Source: Bacteroidia bacterium (GTDB lineage Bacteria; Bacteroidota; Bacteroidia; AKYH767-A; OLB10). From it: 57,236 nucleotides of DNA. The stretch's first letter is position 1; each line of letters opens with the position of its first letter. Positions 48,176 to 56,533 of this stretch are shown here, piece after piece. Location: NCBI GenBank assembly GCA_038211525.1, contig JBBQVM010000001.1:1-57236 (forward strand), given 5' to 3'. Position numbers and translations under genes: made by a program. The notes under the pieces are model-generated. The model saw only the letters and a list, made by a program, of their open reading frames with translations, did no database searches and had not been told where the DNA came from.

Positions 48176-49618
48176 TTAAAATTGAAAATAAATAAAATTG
48201 TTCCCACCAAAAACGCCAAAATTTATAATCATTAATATTAATATACAATACAAACTCCAGCGAACATAAAAAGGTTTAGTAGTAATAAATTCTCTCATTT
48301 GCCTTCCTCGTTTGGTCCATTCAATTACGAGCAAAGCTACAATCAGAAACATCCCCATAAACAACTCATAGTGGTTGTCTCCTAAAATATTAATATTAAA
48401 CTGAGAGAAATTTATGACCGTTGAATTTACAATTAGTGTGTAAGCGTCGTGAATATTAGCGGCTCTAAAAAATATCCAAGCAAAGCAAACCAATACGAAT
48501 ACCAGGAACGATTGAGTCCATTTATAGATCGCCAAATTTTTGGTGAGGCCAATAGATTTGTTAAAATTTTCTCTGAAGTTTCGAGTCACAATGGCAAAAA
48601 CCAGGTATCCCCCGTGAAGGGCACCCCAAATAATGAATGTCCAATTGGCACCATGCCACAATCCACTGATCATAAATGTGATGAAAAGATTAAAGTACCA
48701 ACGCGATTTTGCTACTTTATTTCCGCCTAGCGGGATGTAGAGGTAATCTTTAAACCAGGTGGAAAGGGAGATGTGCCATCTTTTCCAAAATTCTGAAATC
48801 GTTTTTGAAAAATAGGGGCGATTAAAGTTGGTCATTAACTTAAATCCCATCACTTGCGCAGATCCAATAGCCATGTCGGAATAGCCTGAAAAATCGCAAT
48901 AAATCTGGAAAGCAAAAAACACGGTAGCAAGAATTACTGCAATTCCATAATGATTGGAAGGATCGCTATAAACGGTGTCTACCATGAGTGAAAGGCGGTC
49001 GGCAATTACCGCTTTTTTAAAGAGACCCCAGGCCATTAATTTCAAGCCATTGGCAACTCTGTTGTATTCAAAATAGTGTTTGGTCCGAAATTGTTGCAAG
49101 AGGTTTTGAGGTCGTTCAATAGGCCCTGCAACTAATTGTGGATAGAACATCACATACAAGGAATAAATTCCAAAATGTCGCTCAGCAGCCTGATTGCCTC
49201 GATAAACTTCAATAGTATAACTCATTGCTTGAAAAGTGTGAAAAGAGAGTCCTATTGGCAAAATTATATTCAGGTAGGGAATTGGATTAGTTGTTCCCAT
49301 CCATGAAAACATTTCAGTAAAATTAGTATTCAAAAAATTATAATATTTAAATATTGCCAATACACCAACATTAGCAATCAGGCTCATCCAAAGGAACTGT
49401 TTTCGACGCAGTCCTTGGGCATTTTCAATGAGTATTCCTGCTATATAATCGATGATGATGGTAAAGAAGAGTATAAAAATATACACCGGAATAAAGAACA
49501 TATAAAAAATGCAGCTTGCAGCTAGCAATAGCGCCCATCTGTAATTATGAGGTATCACAAAATAAAGTGAGGTAACTAAAATAAAAAAAATAAGAAATTC
49601 AAATGAATTAAATAGCAT
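48176..49618 (-). CDS. MBOAT family O-acyltransferase (AlgI/DltB-like)
   Basis: Polytopic membrane protein; WHISLSTWFKDYLYIPLGG with the conserved His; 480 aa. Confidence 0.92.
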   Translation of the reverse strand: MLFNSFEFLIFFILVTSLYFVIPHNYRWALLLAASCIFYMFFIPVYIFILFFTIIIDYIAGILIENAQGLRRKQFLWMSLIANVGVLAIFKYYNFLNTNFTEMFSWMGTTNPIPYLNIILPIGLSFHTFQAMSYTIEVYRGNQAAERHFGIYSLYVMFYPQLVAGPIERPQNLLQQFRTKHYFEYNRVANGLKLMAWGLFKKAVIADRLSLMVDTVYSDPSNHYGIAVILATVFFAFQIYCDFSGYSDMAIGSAQVMGFKLMTNFNRPYFSKTISEFWKRWHISLSTWFKDYLYIPLGGNKVAKSRWYFNLFITFMISGLWHGANWTFIIWGALHGGYLVFAIVTRNFRENFNKSIGLTKNLAIYKWTQSFLVFVLVCFAWIFFRAANIHDAYTLIVNSTVINFSQFNINILGDNHYELFMGMFLIVALLVIEWTKRGRQMREFITTKPFYVRWSLYCILILMIINFGVFGGNNFIYFQF

Positions 49619-49722
49619 AAAATTCTTTAAAGTTACTGTAGATTGGTGATAAATTTCCTACCTTGGACGATAAATGCAGCTTAATTTATACATTAAAGGT
49701 CTGTTTTTATTATCCGGAAGCC

Positions 49723-49730
49723 CAAAAGTA
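49723..49730 (-). promoter_or_regulatory. -7 box (TACTTTTG) upstream of the MBOAT operon
   Basis: Exact TAnnTTTG match, about 105 nt upstream of the ATG at 49618. Confidence 0.3.
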
Positions 49731-49883
49731 TAAAATCCATGAAATTTCCCTCTATTTTAATTAAAGTTTTACCACTTTTGCAGGATGAAAAACCTCTTGT
49801 TGAAGGTTCAGTTCAACTTTAAGCAGGTTCTAAACCGCATTATTTCATTAAAACAATTTATATCAGTGAAACTAAATACAGCT

Positions 49884-50870
49884 ATGAAACTATTCAATAA
49901 ACTTTCCGGCATCCTGCTATTAACGGGAATGCTGGCTACTTCATGTGTTCCATCACGAATGTTTGATGAGACTAAAACTGCAAAGCTAAAATGTGAAGAA
50001 GAAAACGCTCGCATAAAAACAGAGCAATTGGCCATGCAAACGCAATTAGAAGAAAATGCTATTAAGAAAACGGAGATGGAACGCGAAATGACTTATTTGC
50101 GGACAGATACATCGACCTTGGGAACAGGCAACAGGAGACTTACGCAACTTTACAATGAATTAACTTCTTCGTACGATAAGTTAGTTGCAAATAATGATAA
50201 ATTATTGGCATCCAACCAAGGTGAAACAAAAAAGATAATTAATCAACTTCAAATGACTCAGGAGGAACTTTTGAGAAAGGAAGATTCACTGAAGGTGCGT
50301 GAAAAATATCTTGCTGAGTTAAATGACAAGCTCAAATTGAGAGAAGCCAAAGTGGACGAACTTCAACAAATATTAACAAATAAGGATAACGAAGTTAAAT
50401 TGTTAAAAGAAAATGTTACAAACGCCTTAATGGGGTTCAATAATAAGGGATTAACTATTGAACAACGTAATGGCAAAGTATATGTATCGCTGGAAGAGCA
50501 ATTATTGTTTGCATCCGGAAGTATTATAGTTGACCCAAAAGGTGCTGAAGCGTTGAGTCAATTATCGAATGTTTTGGCCAAAAATGTAGATATTAATGTA
50601 CTTATTGAGGGACACACCGATAACGTACCCATTAAAGGGGGAGCTATAAAAGATAATTGGGATTTGAGTGTTTTAAGAGCCACTTCTGTAGTAAGAATTC
50701 TTACTAAGTCATCGAACATCGATCCAAAGAGATTGACTCCGGCCGGGAGAGGGGAATACGTTCCTATTGATACTGCCAACACGCCAGCAGCAAGAAAGAA
50801 AAACAGAAGAATAGAAGTAATTTTGTCGCCCAATTTAGATGAACTAATTGATGTTCTGAAAAAAGATTAA
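49884..50870 (+). CDS. OmpA-family lipoprotein with an N-terminal coiled coil
   Basis: Lipobox MLATSC after the ATG at 49884; C-terminal OmpA/MotB peptidoglycan-binding domain (GHTDNVP...NWDLSVLRA...NRRIEV). Confidence 0.85.
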   Translation: MKLFNKLSGILLLTGMLATSCVPSRMFDETKTAKLKCEEENARIKTEQLAMQTQLEENAIKKTEMEREMTYLRTDTSTLGTGNRRLTQLYNELTSSYDKLVANNDKLLASNQGETKKIINQLQMTQEELLRKEDSLKVREKYLAELNDKLKLREAKVDELQQILTNKDNEVKLLKENVTNALMGFNNKGLTIEQRNGKVYVSLEEQLLFASGSIIVDPKGAEALSQLSNVLAKNVDINVLIEGHTDNVPIKGGAIKDNWDLSVLRATSVVRILTKSSNIDPKRLTPAGRGEYVPIDTANTPAARKKNRRIEVILSPNLDELIDVLKKD

Positions 50871-50903
50871 TTAATAAAGTGAATTAGATTTACTCACTAA
50901 AAA

Positions 50904-50949
50904 AATGCGCTGAAAGAAAAGATCTAAATTCATTTTCTTTCAGCGCATT
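50904..50949. terminator. Bidirectional intrinsic terminator
   Basis: Perfect 17-bp stem AATGCGCTGAAAGAAAA/TTTTCTTTCAGCGCATT with a 12-nt loop, an A-run upstream and a T-run downstream. It lies between convergent genes. Confidence 0.85.
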
Positions 50950-50953
50950 CTTT

Positions 50954-51679
50954 TTACATTTTCATTACTGAACCCGATCCTGAAATAAGTTTTTTAACTT
51001 CAGGATTACCTAAGTATCTCACTTTTCCTGAGCCGGAAACTGCCACCTTAAGAGTATTTGCAGCGGCTACTTCAGCGTTTCCTGAACCGGAAATATCTAT
51101 ATCATAATTTTCAGCGTTCAGCGTTGATGCCGAAAATTTTCCGCTTCCGGAAATGTCCAGATCAACATCTTTAGAACTTCCTGATAAAGTAAAACTACCG
51201 GATCCACTAATGCTAACATTTAGTTTATCGGCCGAGAGATTCAGGTTTACTTTTGAGGCCCCACCCGACTCCAATTCAAATTTGGTAAACTTCAATTTTC
51301 CTTGTGACGATAAATCGGAACTTCCTGAACAATCCAAAGAATTTAAATCGATAAAGTTGATAGTAACCACGATAGTTTCATGAGAGCTGTACTTTTCATC
51401 ATAATAAATCTTCAAAGTTTGCCCCTCCACTTTAGTCACAACATGCTTCATGGTTTCAGTTTCCGTTTCCAATTTCACACCTTCAGTAGTTCCCTGGACC
51501 AAAATAATTGTGAAGGAACCTCCAATTTCAATTTCATGAAACCCCTTGACAGATCTTTGCTCGGTAAAGGTGGCAGAATTTGCATTTCCAAATTGTGGAA
51601 AAAAAGCCATCGAAAAAAACATTAGAAATGAAATAAATAATTTAGTTTTGAGTCGATTGTTAAATTTTAAAGTTTTCAT
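50954..51679 (-). CDS. DUF2807 (GIN domain, putative adhesin head) protein
   Basis: Signal peptide; repeated SGSG(K/N/S) beta-helix rungs. It is a paralog of the N-terminal half of 29452..30849. Confidence 0.8.
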   Translation of the reverse strand: MKTLKFNNRLKTKLFISFLMFFSMAFFPQFGNANSATFTEQRSVKGFHEIEIGGSFTIILVQGTTEGVKLETETETMKHVVTKVEGQTLKIYYDEKYSSHETIVVTINFIDLNSLDCSGSSDLSSQGKLKFTKFELESGGASKVNLNLSADKLNVSISGSGSFTLSGSSKDVDLDISGSGKFSASTLNAENYDIDISGSGNAEVAAANTLKVAVSGSGKVRYLGNPEVKKLISGSGSVMKM

Positions 51680-51820
51680 AGTTGAGTGAGTTTAGGATAC
51701 CTAACTAAGATGATTAAGATTGTCAAAAAGTTACACCCTTAAATTCAACTCAAAAAAGAAAAGACCCACATTTTAATGTAGCAAGTTGCATTTCAACGAT
51801 TTAGCTGAACTATATTCCAT

Positions 51821-51828
51821 TAGATTTG
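51821..51828 (+). promoter_or_regulatory. -7 box (TAGATTTG) upstream of the CBM9/DUF5916 gene
   Basis: Exact TAnnTTTG match, 16 nt upstream of the ATG at 51845. Confidence 0.4.
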
Positions 51829-51844
51829 TAAAAAGATTTTATAG

Positions 51845-54322
51845 ATGAATCATATCAAGTTCCTTTCTTACCTTTTCGGAGCACTTTTGATAGTATTGAC
51901 TTTTGAAGCAAGAAGTCAGGATAGCCTAAAAACCTACACTACTTTACGGGCTGAATCGGCTATTAAGATAGATGGGATTCTTGACGAACCTTCGTGGCAA
52001 CTTGCGCCTATGATGAACGATTTTTTTCAATATTTACCTAACGAAGGTACTTCACCTGATCACCCTGCTGAAGTTAGGATACTATTTAATGATGATGCCA
52101 TTTATGTAGGAGCAATTTTGTACGATTCGAGTCCTGATTCGATTTTAAAGGAACTTGGTGCCCGGGATGCGGAAGATATTAATGCCGATTATTTCAGAAT
52201 CTGTTTGGATCCCTATAACACCCGCCAGGATGCATACTTTTTTGGTGTTTTTGCTTCCGGAGTGCAATTTGATCACAAGGTATCTGATTACACCTATGAT
52301 GCCGTTTGGGAGAGTGAAGTAAAAATTACTGACAAGGGGTGGGTAGTAGAAATGAAAATCCCCTATTCAGCGATCAGATTTCCTAAAAAAAGCGAGCAAC
52401 TGTGGGCATTCCAGGTGAACAGATATGTGCGTCGCACTCGTGAATTTACACAATGGGCGAAGACTCCCAGTAAAACAAACAATTCACAGATTTATTGGGG
52501 GACTTTGAAGGGAATAAATAATGTTACTGCGCCTTTACGACTTTCATTCACCCCCTACTTATCATCTTATTTAGAATCGTCGCCGGTAATCGATAACGAT
52601 GGACATACCAATTACAGTAATTCATTTTCTTATAACGCTGGCGCGGATGTGAAATATGGTATTGATGAACGATTCACCATTGACATGACACTTCTTCCCG
52701 ATTTCGGGCAGGTACAATCAGATGACAAGGTAAAAAATTTAAGTTACAGAGAAGTAACATACGATGAAAACAGAGCTTTCTTTAAAGAGAGTGTAGAGTT
52801 ATTTGATAAGCATCAATTATTTTATTCGAGACGTATTGGAAAGTTACCTACTGGTTTTTATGATGTAGATTCACAATTGAATTCAGGTGAATATATTAAA
52901 GATAATCCATCAAAAGCAAAACTATTGAACGCAATAAAGTTATCGGGCAGAACGGATCACGGTATGGGCGTAGGAATTTTTAACGCTATAACTGATAACA
53001 CTTATGCAATAGTTAGCGATTCAGCAGGAAATTCCCGCAAAATACTTACAGAACCAACTACCAACTACAATGTATTTGTTGTGGATCAACAGATGAAAAA
53101 CAATAGCAATTTTTATGTTATAAATACAAATGTAATTCGTAATAAACAATATAACGATGCCAACGTAACCGGTTCCGGATTCAGTTTAAGTAATAAAAAG
53201 AACACCTTTGCTTTTGAGGGACAGGGTGCATTAAGCCAGCAATTTAATAGAGTAGCAGGAGCCCCAAACGGGGAATATACTAATACGCTGGGTTATAATT
53301 ATGGATTAGGTTTAAAGAAACTTGGTGGCACCTTTGAATATGGAGGAGCTCGCTCTGTTTATGATAATAATTATTACACCAGTGATTTAGGTTATCAAGT
53401 GATCAATAACAAAATTGTTTACGAATTTTATGTGAAACATAATTTAAATCAACCCTGGAAATTTCTAAGAAATTCATACAATAACTTTAATTACACTTAT
53501 GCTACTCATTTCCAAACGGGAAAACCTGTAATAAATGAAGTAAACTTAAATTTTTTCGGGACATTTTTAAATTATAACAGTTTATTTTTCGGGGGAGGCT
53601 TTACTCCCGATTATACTTACGATTATTTCGAACCACGTATTGAGGGCAGGTATAGTATTTCACCCAAGTATTATTACAGCTTTATTGGAATCAGCAGTGA
53701 TTACAGGAAAGCGGTTGCTTTAGATTTAAATTTAAACATGAGTAATTTTATTGATCAGTTTGTTTCGGAGGGCTATAATATAAATGCTACTTTACGATAT
53801 CGCATCAGTGATAAGTTAACAGTTAAATTAATTTCCTATTTCGGAATTGATCCTTATAATTTAGGCTGGGTGGATATTATTAATAATGATGAAGTGATTT
53901 ATGGTTTACGTAAGCTCAATACATATACTAATGAAATAAATGCTATTTATCTTTTCAAAAATGATATGTTTATCAGCGTAAATGCACGGCATTACTGGGT
54001 TACCGGGAGGTATCGTAAATACCTGGATTTACAGCAGGATGGAGGTTTTGAAGATAACTACATCTATGCTACTAATAACGATTTTAATTATAATGCCTTT
54101 AATATTGATTTTGTTTATTCGTGGCAATTTGCTCCGGGAAGTAATTTATCTATTGTTTATAAGAATGCAATTGAGAGTGATGAAGCACAAATAACAAAAA
54201 CTCCTACGTACAATGAAAATTTCAAGAAAGTAATAAACGATCCGCAATCAAATAGTATTTCCATAAAACTATTATATTATCTCGATTATCAAAATGTAAA
54301 AAAACATTTTACCAAAAATTAA
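51845..54322 (+). CDS. Carbohydrate-binding family 9-like / DUF5916 outer-membrane protein
   Basis: Signal peptide; IDGILDEPSW N-terminal CBM9-like motif; long Y/N-rich beta-barrel-like C-terminal part; 825 aa. Confidence 0.75.
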   Translation: MNHIKFLSYLFGALLIVLTFEARSQDSLKTYTTLRAESAIKIDGILDEPSWQLAPMMNDFFQYLPNEGTSPDHPAEVRILFNDDAIYVGAILYDSSPDSILKELGARDAEDINADYFRICLDPYNTRQDAYFFGVFASGVQFDHKVSDYTYDAVWESEVKITDKGWVVEMKIPYSAIRFPKKSEQLWAFQVNRYVRRTREFTQWAKTPSKTNNSQIYWGTLKGINNVTAPLRLSFTPYLSSYLESSPVIDNDGHTNYSNSFSYNAGADVKYGIDERFTIDMTLLPDFGQVQSDDKVKNLSYREVTYDENRAFFKESVELFDKHQLFYSRRIGKLPTGFYDVDSQLNSGEYIKDNPSKAKLLNAIKLSGRTDHGMGVGIFNAITDNTYAIVSDSAGNSRKILTEPTTNYNVFVVDQQMKNNSNFYVINTNVIRNKQYNDANVTGSGFSLSNKKNTFAFEGQGALSQQFNRVAGAPNGEYTNTLGYNYGLGLKKLGGTFEYGGARSVYDNNYYTSDLGYQVINNKIVYEFYVKHNLNQPWKFLRNSYNNFNYTYATHFQTGKPVINEVNLNFFGTFLNYNSLFFGGGFTPDYTYDYFEPRIEGRYSISPKYYYSFIGISSDYRKAVALDLNLNMSNFIDQFVSEGYNINATLRYRISDKLTVKLISYFGIDPYNLGWVDIINNDEVIYGLRKLNTYTNEINAIYLFKNDMFISVNARHYWVTGRYRKYLDLQQDGGFEDNYIYATNNDFNYNAFNIDFVYSWQFAPGSNLSIVYKNAIESDEAQITKTPTYNENFKKVINDPQSNSISIKLLYYLDYQNVKKHFTKN

Positions 54323-54325
54323 TAT

Positions 54326-55036
54326 TTATTTTATTTTTAAAATGTTTTCTCTGCGTATAATTTCTTTGCCTTTCATTCGCAAATAAACATTGGTCAATGC
54401 CTCCACATCTTTTTCGCAATAGGTTACAATTCGGTTAAGGTCGTTGTCTTTCCAATAAACCGACCAAACCATACTTCCATCAATATCATCTTTAGGAGAA
54501 GGGATGCCAAGACTGTAAGCGAGCAAAGTCAGAGGAGTATAGCTTTTAAAATCGCCAAATTTCCACATCTCCATTGTATCCAGGTGATTCACTTCCCAAG
54601 GCTTTTTACCGGCAGTATCGAGTAATACAGGAAGTTGCACTTTATTAATAACCATACGACGTGCAATGTAAGGGAAATCAAATTCGCGACCATTGTGAGC
54701 ACATAATTTGCAATCGGATGTTGCAAAGGATTTATTGAGTAAATCACTAAATTTAGTAAGTACTATTTTTTCATCATGTCCGAAAAAGGATTTTACCCGA
54801 AGTTCATTCACTCCATTGTTAGTAGAAATAAATCCGGTGGAGATACATATAATTCTTCCGAACTCAGCGTAGATGCCCGCCCGAGAATAAATATCACCGG
54901 CGGTTTCGGTTTCGGCCTTTTTAAGATGAAGCGCCTTGTGTTCCCATAATGCCTTCAACTCATCGGGACAATCATTATAGGTTGGAAATTGTGGAACGGT
55001 TTCGATGTCGAGAAAAAGGATTTGTGGTAGATTCAT
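54326..55036 (-). CDS. 3'-5' exonuclease, RNase H-like fold (PolB-exonuclease-related)
   Basis: Exo motifs FLDIET, HNGREFDFPY and YCEKDV; 236 aa. Confidence 0.8.
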   Translation of the reverse strand: MNLPQILFLDIETVPQFPTYNDCPDELKALWEHKALHLKKAETETAGDIYSRAGIYAEFGRIICISTGFISTNNGVNELRVKSFFGHDEKIVLTKFSDLLNKSFATSDCKLCAHNGREFDFPYIARRMVINKVQLPVLLDTAGKKPWEVNHLDTMEMWKFGDFKSYTPLTLLAYSLGIPSPKDDIDGSMVWSVYWKDNDLNRIVTYCEKDVEALTNVYLRMKGKEIIRRENILKIK

Positions 55037-55037
55037 G

Positions 55038-55460
55038 GGATTGAGTTTTTGATTTGCGATTGGAATTTCGTTGTGTTGATACGGATTACGGATGGGGTTT
55101 TACGAAGAGATTTCAGTTAATAAGATACGGATTACGGATTTTTACGGATTACGGATTGAGTTTTTGATTTGCGATTGGAATTTCGTTGTGTTGATACGGA
55201 TTACGGATGGGGTTTTACGAAGAGATTTCTGTTAATAAGATACGGATTACGGATTTTTACGGATTACGGATTGAGTTTTTGATTTGCGATGGGAATTTCG
55301 TTTATAAGATACGGATTACGGATTTTTACGGATTACGGATTGAGTTTTTGATTTGCGATGGGAATTCAGGTAATAAGATACGGATTACGGATTTTTACGG
55401 ATTACGGATGGGGATTTTCTATTTGCAATGGGGTTCCAGTTTATAAGATACGGATTACGG
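55038..55460. repeat. Nested tandem repeat array: 2 x 115 bp plus 3 x about 69 bp, rich in the heptamer ACGGATT
   Basis: Units start at 55038, 55153, 55268, 55337 and 55406. The two 115-bp units differ at 1 position. ACGGAT occurs 21 times. Confidence 0.95.
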
Positions 55461-55466
55461 AGGGGG

Positions 55467-55847
55467 TTAGTAAATATTTAAGACTCTTTTGTGGGTAAGT
55501 TGGTAAATGCCGAAATGCAAAAGAAGGCCTAATTGTTTATCTAAACTGATGAGGTATTTTTTTGTTTGTGCATAGTCGGCCGGTATAATTTTAAAAGTGC
55601 TTTTTAACTCAACTATCACTAAATCTTCTATGATAAAATCTGAAAAATTGCGTTGGATAGTCTTGCCGTGATATGAAATTTTTGAGAACATTTGTTCCTT
55701 AAATATCAATTTTTGAGATAAAAACTCAATCGCAAGTGCTTTTTGATAGATTCTTTCCGGCAACCCACCTCCCAATTCATTATGAACATTAAAGGCACAT
55801 TTGATAATTTGATGCGTGAGATCAGGAAATAAAATTGAGGATTTCAT
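55467..55847 (-). CDS. GxxExxY protein (PD-(D/E)XK nuclease fold, PDDEXK_3-like)
   Basis: GLPERIY matches GxxExxY; D...ELK nuclease-like motif (DFIIEDLVIVELK). The 126-aa product from the ATG at 55847 fits the family length. Confidence 0.85.
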   Translation of the reverse strand: MKSSILFPDLTHQIIKCAFNVHNELGGGLPERIYQKALAIEFLSQKLIFKEQMFSKISYHGKTIQRNFSDFIIEDLVIVELKSTFKIIPADYAQTKKYLISLDKQLGLLLHFGIYQLTHKRVLNIY

Positions 55848-55883
55848 AAAAATGAAAAATGTTAAAAAGTGAATAATTTGATA

Positions 55884-55891
55884 CAAAAATA
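55884..55891 (-). promoter_or_regulatory. -7 box (TATTTTTG) upstream of the GxxExxY gene
   Basis: Exact TAnnTTTG match, 36 nt upstream of the ATG at 55847. It lies inside the longer tracked ORF, which supports the shorter start. Confidence 0.4.
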
Positions 55892-55995
55892 AATAAATAT
55901 TTTAATAAAAAAAATTATTCCAGAAATAAAATATCTAAAAATCTTCAGCTATCAAACAATGTTTTAAAAACAAGCCCTTATCCTAAATCAGATCT

Positions 55996-56028
55996 ATCCG
56001 TAATCCGTAAAAATCCGAAATCCGTATC
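55996..56028. repeat. Inverted copy of the 33-bp repeat core
   Basis: The reverse complement is GATACGGATTTCGGATTTTTACGGATTACGGAT, 32/33 identical to the core of the array at 55038-55460. Confidence 0.85.
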
Positions 56029-56057
56029 AATTTAAACGAAAGTTATTATGAAAAACA

Positions 56058-56474
56058 TTACTTTATCATAACCCCAGTCTTGTTTAAAACCGGTATGTGG
56101 GAAAAATTATCCACCATGATGCTTTCGGGGAGGAAGAGGTATTTTTTATCGTAGATAGTTTTGCCGACGTAAAAGCTTACCCAGAATTCGTTATTGAGTC
56201 CGAATACCTGGCTGTCGATAGGCTCCACCAGGGCTGCGCTCATGGGCTCCACTTCTTCAATAAAATGACGAAGAGTGGCAGTCTTTACTTCTTCACCCTG
56301 AATAGAACCATAGCCGGTAGAGCTCACCAATACCTGATGAATGGGTTGTTTTTTCAGATTGATCAAAAACACATCCCACACGGTAAATTCATTTGGTTCG
56401 GGATCTTCACCCAAATCGGGAACTATAGCGAGGGCGATATCTTCAACACGTAACTCGGGAATATCTTTTAACAT
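56058..56474 (-). CDS. Hypothetical protein (138 aa)
   Basis: Clean ORF with ATG start; no recognisable motif. Confidence 0.6.
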   Translation of the reverse strand: MLKDIPELRVEDIALAIVPDLGEDPEPNEFTVWDVFLINLKKQPIHQVLVSSTGYGSIQGEEVKTATLRHFIEEVEPMSAALVEPIDSQVFGLNNEFWVSFYVGKTIYDKKYLFLPESIMVDNFSHIPVLNKTGVMIK

Positions 56475-56533
56475 GTGTATTTAGCTTTAAATATAATACG
56501 TAATAGGATCCAATTTGTTTTATAAAACGCTCC

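Noticed and set aside
49785-49883. Longer N-terminus (start 49785) for the OmpA-family gene
   Set aside because: It would place 33 extra residues in front of a textbook lipoprotein signal peptide (MKLFNKLSGILLLTGMLATSC). The ATG at 49884 is preferred, although a one-mismatch -7-like box (CACTTTTG) upstream of 49785 leaves some doubt.
55207-55446. Tracked 79-aa ORF on the + strand
   Set aside because: It is a read-through of the tandem repeat, and the peptide is itself periodic (KIRITDFYGLRIEFLICDGN repeated). There is no promoter box and no independent support.
55038-55460. Possible CRISPR array
   Set aside because: The sequences between the conserved cores are themselves repeated (115-bp and 69-bp periodic units), so there are no unique spacers. 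The repeats are not the usual 28-37-bp partially palindromic type, and no cas genes are present.
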